Assembly: GCA_964106915.2 (NCBI GenBank)
Contig: OZ066915.1
Length of the DNA: 64,000 nt
Reading direction: 5' to 3' (one strand)
From: Podarcis gaigeae
Taxonomy: Eukaryota
This document shows, one piece after another, positions 50,349-61,453 of the stretch. Position numbers and translations under genes: made by a program. The first letter of the stretch is position 1. Every line of letters begins with the position of its first letter. The notes beneath the pieces were generated by a model. That model was given only the letters and a program-made list of their open reading frames with translations, was not told where the DNA came from and searched no databases.

Positions 50349-52071
50349 CTGAAACAGGGACAAAGAAAACCATACCCTCTGTTATTTCACTAAAGATCTT
50401 GGAAATCTCTTTCTGGAGCAGCCGAAGAATGTCGGTGTCCAACTGCAGTTTTTGTAAGTTCAATAATTTCACACCAGATGTATGTGGAGAACGTCTGCCC
50501 CGTTTGAGTGGTTATCTCCAACCAATGCAAAAACAGTATGCGTGTATAACTTTTACCATGGCTAGAACAACATTTGAACCATAATTTTTGACTATCTACT
50601 GAACCTGAATCAAGACCCTTACTAAGAGATTGATAAGAGGGAGGATACATTAGATTCTAAAAACCTGGTGATTTTTTATGCTAAGCATCAGCCTGCCCCC
50701 TGCATTCTCCAGCATGTTGTCAGAAAGGTCAGTCCCAATTTAATGAGAAGAGAATTGAAGGGCACAAGTCAAAGAGAGCAAGAGGTGGGAGGATGGGAAA
50801 ACACAGAAGTGGGACATCAAATGAGCCAGAGGGGCCCTTTCAGGAATGGCTTAAACAGTCTCTGTTGAGAAAACTAGATCAAGTGCTGCATATATGCTGC
50901 AACTGAAAAAGGAGCTACATTCCAGTTTCTCCTTCCTCTTCCATAGCTTCTAGAACTCACTGCCAGGTATGAGATCCCAAGGGACCTTGTTTCCCTGTCA
51001 TTCCCTCCCCAGCAATTGTCAGCCAATGATTTGGAGGGCTGTGACACAAGTTAAGTTCTGCTAGATATTACAGGTAGGGGAACTACCAGACACAATTTCA
51101 CTTGCAGGCAATGTGTTTGCTGTCACTTCTGCTTACATCCCGGGGTTCCGCCACTAGCGAGGAAACATGCACCAGCCAGTAAGCTATTATAATGAATGCA
51201 GGCAAGGTTTCATTTGAAAGAAGCTTTGTGCAGAAATTAGGCCTGTTCTGCTGCTTCTTTAAAAATCTCCATCGGTCAGAATTCAGAAGCAACTCATGCA
51301 ACACATAGCAAGAGACCCATAAATGGCTACCATCCTACCTATGGGGATGCTTTAGGTGTATCAGCCTGATTCAGCACAAATAGTAGGATTACGTTGTAGA
51401 ATTTAGGTATCACAGTGAAGTGTGTGCGTGCATGTGAGCTGCCAGAGATGATGGCCCAGTAACAACTAGCCCAGCATGCTAGCAGAAGCCTGTGCAGGGG
51501 CTCACACTAACACAACAGGGCTCGCCTCCTCTCCTCCCCCCATGCACCACCACACCTCCCCCAGATCTGGTCTGGAGGCTTGGGAGAACCCTGAGAAGAG
51601 AGCACAGGGCTAGGAGAAGGAAAGATCATCGCACCTGGCAAGCAGAATTCTTGCACTGATGTAACAATCATAAGAGTATGATGTTAAATTCCTCCCAGTG
51701 GTCTGGACACCATTTTCCCATAGGACCATTGTTTTTGAAAAGAATCTTCAAAAATACAATTCTGCAAGAGGAATCTGGAAACTCCTCAAAATGTTGAAAC
51801 TTAAAAATGCTCTCCAACCTAATTTCTGTTGCGTTTTCTTCAAACAGAAGCTTCAGTGGTGTACATATAACCTGGGCAAGTATTTCTCTATGGAGCAAGA
51901 CCTATGAGGTCAGAATTGTCAGCTCTCATCACTGCAACCCAACACCCTTCATAACAACACAGCATGCTCTATGTTTTGTGATATGCTGATTTAAGACGGC
52001 CTTTCGTTTTTCATACTCTAAAGCTGAGAGGAGGAGGTAAAGACACTAAAACATTTATGTGTTTATATATA

Positions 52072-52151
52072 CAGGGTGAGTCCTTTAAAAGAGGCCCCAT
52101 GGATACAGAGTACATGTGTTCCACGGGGCCCCTTTTAAAAGACTCAGCCTA
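52072..52151. mobile_element. ~80-bp palindromic Tc1/mariner-type MITE in a TA run
   Basis: 33-nt arms acagggtgagtcctttaaaagaggccccatgga / tccacggggccccttttaaaagactcagcctat with 5 mismatches; tatata on both flanks. Confidence 0.65.
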
Positions 52152-52252
52152 TATATAGCTATAGGACATGCACACACACACACAGTTGACACAGTTTATC
52201 CTATTATATCTCACCTCCTTAAGCTCATGACCTAAGAGCAGATAGGATACTT

Positions 52253-52254
<2 letters not shown>

Positions 52255-52284
<30 letters not shown>
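52255..52284. repeat. (GT)n microsatellite
   Basis: Direct reading. Confidence 0.95.
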
Positions 52285-52289
<5 letters not shown>

Positions 52290-52367
52290 CCTTTGAATTT
52301 CTTCACTTTATCACCTATACAAAAGAAGAAAATCCATGATACTTCTCATTTCCACACCCTAATTTAT

Positions 52368-52628
52368 TGGAAGGACAGATCCTGAAGCTGAGCCTCCAAT
52401 ACTCTGGCCACCTCATGAGAAGAGAAGACTCCCTGGAAAAGACCCTGATGTTGGGAAAGATTGAGGGCACAAGAAGAAGGGGACGACAGAGGATGAGATG
52501 GTTGGACAGTGTTATCGAAGCTACTAATATGAGTTTGACCGAACTGCAGGAGGCAGTGGAAGACAGGTGTGCTCTGGTCCATGGGGTCACGAAGAGTCGG
52601 ACACGACTAAACAACTAAACAACAACAA
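52368..52628 (+). mobile_element. BovB (RTE-clade LINE) 3' fragment
   Basis: ORF 52367..52618 EGQILKLSLQYSGHLMRREDSLEKTLMLGKIEGTRRRGRQRMRWLDSV; terminal gtccatggggtcacgaagagtcggacacgact and (caa)n tail are BovB hallmarks. Confidence 0.93.
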
Positions 52629-53300
52629 TTGCTAAGCCACGAATGTCTGCTAACTAACTTTGAAGATGAAAAAGAGAGAGAAAAGAATGAGTGACAGCTG
52701 TCCACTGCCAAGAGTTCACAGTCACCTCATTACACATTTGGCTATTAAGTTAAAACAAAAAGCAATCAGCTCTTCTGGCACCTGGAATATTAGGAGCTGT
52801 AATTAGAGACAAGCACTGCAGCCAGCAAGCTGCTTGGGAGTTCCTGCTGTTTGCTGATACTTCAGCATTAACAACTTCCCCCTAAACATATCATTCTCAA
52901 ATCATTTCTCGCAATGGCTGAGGCCAGCTGACAGATGGTACCCCACCAGACAACAAGGATACAAAGAGTCTCCCCTTTGTGCTGGCTATGGTGGAATGAA
53001 GAGTTTGTCTCCAGAATGCACCTCTGACCCAGTTGTAATGTCTCTCTCATTTTGAAGCCAGCAGGGGAAACTCCCATGGCTGATATAAGGCAGATAATAA
53101 GATTTTGGCTACCTGGCCCTACACAGCATCATATTCAGACAGTTTTTCTTATGGATCTCTCTAATGGCAAACATCATGTTCTGCTCATGTGTTAAAGGGG
53201 AAAGCATCATACACATCTGCATATATACTCACAGGTGTGTGGCTGCCTACCAAAACATATCATGTTCAGAAAGAGCAGCTCTTACAAGTTACATAATGTG

Positions 53301-53402
53301 CAGCCTGATCCTATGCATGCTTGTTTGAAAGCAAGTCCCACTGTGCTCAGTTGGGTTGGCTGCAGTGCACTCCCAGGTAAGTGTGCTTAAGACTGCAGCC
53401 TA
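53301..53402. mobile_element. Short squamate interspersed repeat (gcaatccta...agtcccactg...gattgcagcc family); related copy at ~27682-27790
   Basis: atcctatgcatg...aagtcccactg...actcccaggtaagtgtg...actgcagcct with a loosely inverted structure. Confidence 0.5.
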
Positions 53403-54427
53403 AGAGGTCACCTTCCTAAGAAGTTAAGGAAGAATGACCAAGTCATCAGACTGTTCTTCACTGTTATGAAAGAAAATGGACATAGGCAGGAAACAGATGC
53501 AAAGACAAATTCACTTTCTGAGTACAAAGCCCTGAATATCTGCACATTTGAATTGATGTACATCAGGGATTGGGAGCCTGTAGCCTACAGGTGTTGTTGG
53601 ACTCCAGTAACCATCGGTCCCAGCCAGCATACATACATGAAGAAAATTCTTGCTTTCCTCTCTCATTGGTTTTAGACAAATATTAAGGCAATGGCAACTC
53701 TCAGAATGATGGAATGACTGCTCCAACTAAATAGGAGGCCTACCAGTCACCACCTTGACATAATGTGTCCTGCAGATGGAGAAAGTATGGAAACAGCACT
53801 TCTGTCTCTAACACATAGGCCCAGAGAAGGATGTTTAGAGCACTGGTCTTTAACTGGTGGCTTAGGGCCTGGTTTTAGGTGGGTCATAACAGCAGCATGG
53901 CCCCCATACAAATATGTGGTTAAAAATTAATTAAGAAGGTCCTCAAATGAATATTTGGGTTAAAGGTGGGTCCCTCGTCTGAAAAGGCTGAAGACTGCTG
54001 ACTTAGAGCAGGTGGGTAGGTCTGGAATGATTTCTTCATAACATTCATTTTTCTCTCCATCTTATTGAGGGGCACAGAACAGCCGACTTGCTATCAACAC
54101 AAATTTGCTTAACATGCTACTTTGTTACAACCAATTTGAAAAAATAAAGCTCTATCTTTTCATTCTCTGCCCCCATTTCATGTTTTCCAGTGGGGCAGGT
54201 TGGGAGGAGGTAATCAACACACCCAAAACGAATTATTTCCGATGAACGGGTTTTGTTAGGACCTTATAAACTAACTTCTGTCTTAGTTCTGAACTGAGGA
54301 CAACCCGAATCTCACCTGACCCTAATCAATGGCAGCCCTGCCTGGAAAGGTAAGTTAGGGATGAACAGCGGCTTTGCCTTCCATCTAGGTGATATCTTAG
54401 TGGCTGACACTCTACCCAAACACTTAC

Positions 54428-55226
54428 CAGTGCTCTGTGTCTCCAGTAGCTTCTGCATTGGACTATACGGTCCCGGGGGGATATTAAGGTTCATCAGGGT
54501 GCTGGCCCCAGGGTTCAATGTGGGCTCTGCTAAACCTTTTTCTTTCAGCAATTCATGGGAGTTACTTGGGTGTACAGTAGGGTAGACCTTGCTGCCAACC
54601 ACAGTCCTGGGAAGCACCTCTGGCCCCGGTAAGCTGAGACCAGGCTGAGGCGGGAGAGATGATCTGCAGCGAATGGGCTCAAAATGACAGTCTGCATGGT
54701 AGATGCTGTGAACGGACTCAGCGTTGCTGGCAGTGGGGTGAGGATTGGCTGTTGGAGGGAGCATCAGCCTATTTGCACCATTGTGAAGCGAGCTGGTTTC
54801 AACGTCGCTGATTTCAGGGCTGGCGCGCGGTGCCTGAAGGCTTCCATTGCCCAGGTGATAGTGGTGGTGGTGGTGATGGTGGTGGTGAATGAGATGATGC
54901 ACCGAGGACCTTTTCCGCGGCCGGTGTTTACACGGCTGCCGCTCTGCACTGCTCTTGCTACCCGGGCTGGAGAGAAACCCCATCCTCACCCCTGTGGTTC
55001 GGTAGAGCTCCACCAGTTGCTTGCTGGCCTTACGGAGGACGTAGACGAGATATTTGAGGAGTTCGTCATAGCAGCTCCCCGGCTCTGAGAAGCTGGCCAG
55101 AGTGCTAGCATTGGAGAGGTAGCGGATTCGCTGTTCCTTCATCAGCTGGCTCTCCCGCTGCTTAGTCTCCGAGAACTGAGTTGCTATGACCACTAAGCAG
55201 AGGTTTATCATGAAGAAAGAGCCCAC
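54428..55226 (-). CDS. CACNA1G: CACNA1G exon 8 (799 nt): [29 protein letters not shown]...[19 protein letters not shown]...KLLETQST(G), IS6, gating brake and I-II loop
   Basis: Inside ORF 54312..55388; acceptor cccttacag|GTG, donor ACTG|gtaagt; 266 codons +1. Confidence 0.96.
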
Positions 55227-57830
55227 CTGTAAGGGAAGGAGGGATGTGTCAGTATTCCTACCACCAGGGAGGAAGCCTGAAGCAAGTGTATCTGAGAGAG
55301 AACTAGTCATTAAAAAAAATATCTTCAAAACTAGAGCTGAGCTAGCGTTTCTCTGAAGACTCCCTCCCCCCTGCCTCCCCAGGAACATTTCTAAGATATT
55401 TTCTTTTTCTGAACCCCCTAGTAAAAGAGAAACACTTCATGGAATTTCCCACCACCATTTATTTTGGTAGCATCCACTATTCCTACGTCCACCACCCCAG
55501 CAAACCACCACCATTGCTCTGATACAACACTAGGTCATGTCGTCCAATATGGTTGGTGATGCTGCCACTGACAGTGGCAGAGCCAGTGCTAATGGGAAAC
55601 CCCAAGAAACTGTTGGAAAACTTGTCACCTTGGAAAAATTGTCCTCTTCTCTCTCCCCCCCCCATCAGTATGCAAATAGTGGGCAATTTCAAGCGACACT
55701 CTGCTCACAGTTCTATTCAAAACCAACTTAAAAAGACCAAACAAGTATTATCTCATCACACGATGAAAAACAAAACTCTGACATCAAATCTCTTAATCAT
55801 CTGCCCTCAATACTATGGTCTGAAGGGCACAGGATAATCCGGCATGGGGTCTGGTCAGTGCCTGGAAGGAAGACTTATTGGGACTAACAAGGGGACAAAC
55901 TTAATAGGTTTGGATCCAGATTTAAGTTGATTCCCTTTGATTTCAATGGGAGTTGAAGTCATGAATAACTGGTCCCATTGACTAACTGGTTCCTGCCTCC
56001 ATGACTGCCTGCCTGCACTGCTCATTTGCTTCCCCACACTGCTTCTGGGTCCAGGCCGCTCCATTACATGGAGGAGAGGTCAAGGCAAGTGGAGGTTGCT
56101 CCTCCTTCTCTTCCCTCTTGTAACTGCTCCTATGCTTGGTGAGGGCAGGTGAACAGAGGATAGTGACACCAGAAAGCAGACACACGGTGAAGGTGTTGCA
56201 GGGACCATCAGGGAGCCCTTTGCTAGGCTACAGGCCTTGGCAACTGCCCAATAATGCCAACTCCTGACACCGATCCAAGCTGTCTCCTTTTGTAAGTCTA
56301 CAGCTCTGTTCTCCAGAGGTGGTGTGCTAATGTATACGAAACTACACTGATGTTCTCAGCCTCAGGAGTCACTCAGGAAGTGCACCTGTGTCTAAAAATC
56401 ACAATATGGGAAGTAGCTGACAACAAAGGCTAGTGTCATGTAATACAAAACATAGCCCCAAACCCCGTCCCAGTCAAGAGCAGTCATCATCACATTCTGT
56501 GTGTGACTCACACGGGGTGGATATTCCCTGCCCTGTTCTTTTCTTTCCTTCCACGTCAAAGACTCTCAAGCTTCCTCACCTCAGGGACACCCACTCCTCA
56601 GTCCCGCAGATGACACAAAGAGCTCAAAGAAGAAGGGAGATTTATTGTGACTTAGAAGGGTTTCTCTAATTTTTGCTTCCCGGTAGTCAGCGCTTACTTA
56701 TTATCACAATTAAGTAGCATTTCTTTCTCCCATGCATTTACTTTTCAGGACAGATTTTTCCCTTGCAGAGAGGATTGGCAGCTTTGCAAACAGATCTCCC
56801 GCTTTGTTAACTGGAATTGCGGAGAGGCTGTAACCCAACTACAGCAGCTGTCTGCAGCAAAAGATTGGATATTTTACTCTGAAACAGTCTTTTCATCAGG
56901 CTGCATTTTCAGGAGACCATGATCATCATTCAGCTTTGAAAAGGACTTAGTAACTAGCCTCCTCTCCTGGCTACCGTATACCTTCAGATATACGATCCAT
57001 GCATGTCACCTGAGCAGCAGGAAGATGCTGATTTATTTTCTCTTTCATTGTCATCAAGGAGGAAAGGAAACATACAATCTGTTCATACCCCACATGCTTA
57101 TGAGACCGCAAGTCAGTGCACCTTGCAGCCATTTAGGTATGATTAAATATCCATCTCAGCCTAAGGAATCTAGAATGATCTTAGCAAGCTAACCTCTAAG
57201 TGTGTTTACGGTGCCTAAGACCAAGTCACTTTGTTTCTGATCAAAACAGAACAAATTGTTCCGGGGTTTATAAACATATAAATGTTCTTTATCCATGTGT
57301 GCTATCACCTGTAATACTATGGGGTGTATCTGTGTATCTGGGCCACTGCCCAGCTAAAGTTAAGCATTTTTCTGTTCCACTGATTTCAACGCGAGTTAAA
57401 CATGTGCTAACTCCTGTCACTGAAATCATATGACAAAAGTACTTAGCCTTGGCTGAATCATGTAAATAATGTTTATGCTGGCCTCAGATGTTGCAAAATG
57501 CCTTTTGAAGCAGAATGCCATGTGTATGCTATGCTGCAAATCAACAAACACCTCATGCCTCATTGCTTTCCATTACTTTCTTCTTACTACCCGTAGACCT
57601 TCACTATCACTTTAGTCAGTCGGTGCTCTCATTTGCCACATCTCTCTCTTGCGCACAAGAGACACAGGGAGGGAAGTTGGAACGCATCCTTTGCTAATGG
57701 GCTACCATCTCTCCCAGGCTTCGCTTATAACTCTCCTTTCCTCTGTCCGCCCCCCCACGCCCGTTTCTTTCCCTTATAACTCTTGAGTGCAACACCTCTG
57801 GTTGCCATGAAGACTAGAGAGATAACTCAC

Positions 57831-57923
57831 AATGATCAGGAGAATGAAATATATGAAGTTGTAGAACGAATGAGCATCCATGACAAAGTACATAATATCT
57901 ACCCAGCCCTCCAGAGTGATGAC
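57831..57923 (-). CDS. CACNA1G: CACNA1G exon 7 (93 nt): [31 protein letters not shown], domain I pore loop and start of S6
   Basis: Acceptor cttgcctacag|GTC, donor ATT|gtgagt; 31 codons; selectivity-filter Glu in LEGW. Confidence 0.96.
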
Positions 57924-58332
57924 CTGTAGGCAAGAGAAAAGGAAAAGGAAAAGGAAGGCATCAGTTAGCTTGTACCAGTGGATGCAGGACTCTCAAGGAT
58001 AGGAAGCACAGGCAAGCATCTATGGATGTTCAAGAAGATACACCAGTGCTATTACTTATACTAGGTCATCTGTTAGATCTCTTAACACAAAGGCTATGAA
58101 ATCACTAAAGAATGACAAAACCCCAAAGTAAAAAATCATTTCATACCAGTGTCAACCCCATGCTTGATAGAACTGAAGAATAACAACTGGCGATTCTCAC
58201 CCACAAATTATTATTCTTTGCATATAAAAAAATACTTCCGGACAAGAATAAAGGTTGACCTAGCTTTCCCTGTCACTGAAGGATAGCCTGTTGATACAGC
58301 AAGCTTGGAGTCAGTTGAGTCCCTTTGTTCAC

Positions 58333-58624
58333 CTGAAATATTGCAATCCATGCATATCCAATGTTATCGAAATTGATTGCTCCTTTGAAAGGGTTGTGCT
58401 CCCCTGCAGAGCAGTTTGTGTAATACTGGTTCCAGTTGACACAAGAGGTGTTTGTGGTGTCGTTGTAGGAATAATAGTCCAAGGTGCATTGCAGACCTTC
58501 TTCCCTCCTTGTTGGGATGTCGCGACAGTAACGCATCCCATTCTCTCGAGGCTGAGAGCAGATAAAAGGGCTTTCATCTTCATTCTCTGTCTGGTAATAG
58601 GGTTCCACCTCGATTGTGTAAGGG
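58333..58624 (-). CDS. CACNA1G: CACNA1G exon 6 (292 nt): [33 protein letters not shown]...[14 protein letters not shown], domain I extracellular turret
   Basis: Inside ORF 58273..58806; acceptor tcctttaag|C, donor TTTCAG|gtgaac; phase 2 to phase 0 fits exons 5 and 7. Confidence 0.95.
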
Positions 58625-58667
58625 CTTAAAGGAAACAGAAAAGTGCAGGTTAAATACGCAGTATCAG

Positions 58668-58669
<2 letters not shown>

Positions 58670-58702
<33 letters not shown>
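58670..58702. repeat. (GT)n/(AC)n microsatellite just upstream of the exon 6 acceptor
   Basis: Direct reading. Confidence 0.96.
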
Positions 58703-58704
<2 letters not shown>

Positions 58705-61293
58705 GGAAATGAAGGGATGCATAGTGGTGTTAAAGGGCAACAGACTGGAAAATGTAAGAGGAAAGTACTCATTCACAAAGTTAACAGGGTAACCTGTGGA
58801 ACTCATGGCCCTAAGATGTTACAAGGGTGAATAGGATAATTGGGTTCAGAAAAAGCCTTTACACAAATTAATTGAGGGTTAGGGCATTTTGACTGTCTGG
58901 GAGTACAATTTCATTTTTCCAGATGTCTTTAAACTGTGGATATTTTGAAGTTCATAATGAATAGCATATCACTCCAAAATGGCTCTTTCTTGAACAATTT
59001 CATCTAAACTGCTGGGGATCAGCTATCAGAGACTGGGATGAATGGTTGAAATTTTCTGATTCTAGTACATCCATTATTACGCCCTTGTGGACTGCATACA
59101 GCAACTGAAGTTATTTGAGGGAAACCAAAATAATAATAATAACAAATCTGGTTTGCATAATTATTGAAATACTGTACAGTATTTAAGTAAGAGCGAAAAA
59201 TGCTCAAAGTCATGACCATTAGTAATCTAGCCTTAAGTGCTCAGGATAAACATTAGTCAAGATGGTCATGAACTTCTCTTACCATCCCAAGGTAGGGAAG
59301 AGAGGGTGCAAGAAAGCAGGCAACAGCCTGGTCTATCTAAGCTTGCTTTTAATGAGTTTACATTTTAAAATCTTGTGTGTTCTATTGGCTCAACAGCTTG
59401 CAGCTTTCAAACTAGTGTTGCCCTTAAAAATAAAGAAATAGATTTGTTTATACCTTGTCCATTTTTTTCAGTCAACTAATGCCCTCCCACCCCAACCTCC
59501 CAGGATTGGGTTAGGTAAATAATGGGATTTATAATGTGATATATTGATGTCTTCCCACCCCACTCTCAATATTTTCATTGTGCATTCTCAAACGTCAATT
59601 TAGATGAATAATGATATTTAAAAAAGGACTGACTAGGCAGGCGTTTTTCAGACTAGAAGTAGATGGTGAAAAACCCTTACTGGGATTCAGAATATCTGTA
59701 AAAATGCTACTGTTGCTTTCTAAATACTTCCCTTCCCATGGCAAGCACCACTCGTGTTTCTGGCATTAGAAATGAACATTACTTCAGAAGATGCTACTGG
59801 TATAATAAGCCAATTCAATGCATTCGCCCTGATATGGAAAGGGAAGCAAGTGCTGACTTGTTGGGAATTAGCATACTCCTGCCTCAATAAATGGCTACTT
59901 CGCTGATGCCACAAGGACTCATTGCAAAAAGCTGGTGGAGCTATATTTAAGGCGAGTTCAGCCCGGTTAATTCCCGAAGTATTGCTTTTAATGCCACTGG
60001 AAGCTTAGCTGAAATCCTGGCATTCTGGTTCAATTAAACTCAGACCAGTAGCTGCTGTGTTGGATATACCCAGAATTGATCAGCAATTCATTTACTTTAT
60101 TGCCAATTTACCTAGAGGGATTTTGCATGTTAATGAAATCCCAGCTCCCTTTGATAGAGGGAGTGGAAGCAAAAAAACAACAACAAAAAACGACAGAAGA
60201 CTTGCACAAGTTTGGGAGCCAGGAAAACACATGCGTACACACATGTATACACCTAACTTCTGCACTATTTTGAGAGCCACTTCTGATCTAGCTTAACGCT
60301 GCTTACATCTTAAAAACATAACTGGGGAATAGACTGGAAAGTTCATCTCCATAACACCTGGAAAATTATGGGCTTCCTGTGCATTATCAGGAGAATGTTG
60401 TGTTCAAACCTGCTTAGACTGTTCAAAAGTTACCAATATGCACATTTTCCCCACTCCAGCCCACTTCTCCTTGCTTGAAAACAGCCTTGAGATTCACTAC
60501 GGAAATCATCACACCAATTCAGAGTAAGTTAGTAATCTATAAGTAACATTGAAATTAATGAGACATCAGTGTGACTTTTGGATCAGGCTCAACAAAGGTG
60601 TAACCACTTGAACACGCTAAGGTCCAATGTAAATATATTCTTAACGTGCCATGAAAGTATTTCTTATCATTCACTATTTGGGAACATTGCCTACTAATAA
60701 TGTCTGACACAGTACCGATAATCATAAATCACAACAATCATAAATCAACAAGACAGCCTCTACACACTTCAAAGGTGTATTTTGTTAACAGGTACCAACA
60801 TTATTAATAGTGATTTGCTTATATTTTTTATGGAATTACCCTTGCGTGGGGTGTGGGTTGCTACTCTTAAAAAATCCTGTTGCTAAGAAGTATAGTCAAA
60901 ATGGTGCCCTCCCTATGTTGTTGTGACTTCTAACTCGCATCAGCCTCAGCCAGCATGACCAATGGTCAGGGATGACGGGAGCCAAAGTCTGGAAGGCAAC
61001 ATGTTGTCTATTCCTGCTCTCCAAAAAGGAAAACTAGGAAAAGAACCTGTGAATCTTGCGCCAAAAAACATACCACAGCAAGAAAGTTGAAGCGATAATA
61101 TGCAAACTGAGTGTTCCCCCACAAAGGCAAGCAAACAGAATGGAGGAAACAGCGGCAGCATGACGCAGACTCCTCAGATCTTGTTGGGATTAGCATGTTT
61201 ATCTAAAGAAACTCCTTGCCTCACCACCATGCACATATAAAACCCCTATGCAAGCATATCCTAAGAACGTTTAGGTGCCTCATTCATACTTAC

Positions 61294-61453
61294 AAACTGA
61301 AGTTTTCTGGAAGGAAGCAGCGGTTCCTGAGCAGCCCTGCCCAAAGCTGGACTCCAACAATACCAAAGATGAAGAAGACAAAAAAGCAGAGGAGGAGAAC
61401 GTTCCCCAACATGGGAAGCGTGTCCAAAAGCAGCGTGACCAGGATGCGCATAC
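61294..61453 (-). CDS. CACNA1G: CACNA1G exon 5 (160 nt): (S)[52 protein letters not shown](F), domain I S4-S5 linker and S5
   Basis: Acceptor ctccctcag|GTATGCG, donor CAGTTT|gtaagt; length and peptide match Cav3 exon 5. The correct frame is not in the ORF track. Confidence 0.95.

Larger units (their letters stand above)
2277..61453 (-). other. CACNA1G: Partial gene span: voltage-dependent T-type calcium channel alpha-1G (Cav3.1), exons 5-17 (human numbering); the gene continues beyond both window ends
   Basis: Thirteen exons join in frame into a Cav3 polypeptide: DI pore ITLEGW, DII pore LTQEDW, DII S4 [18 protein letters not shown] loop poly-His. Cav3.1-specific peptides as recalled: [53 protein letters not shown] and the 23-aa exon 14. 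Confidence 0.96.

Noticed and set aside
54684-55088. 134-aa plus-strand ORF, and similar antisense ORFs over exons 5, 6, 11, 13 and 17
   Set aside because: Shadow ORFs produced by codon structure on the opposite strand of real exons; no recognisable protein.
2277-61453. Assignment to CACNA1H or CACNA1I
   Set aside because: The exon 14 peptide, [25 protein letters not shown] and [19 protein letters not shown] match Cav3.1 rather than Cav3.2 or Cav3.3, as recalled.
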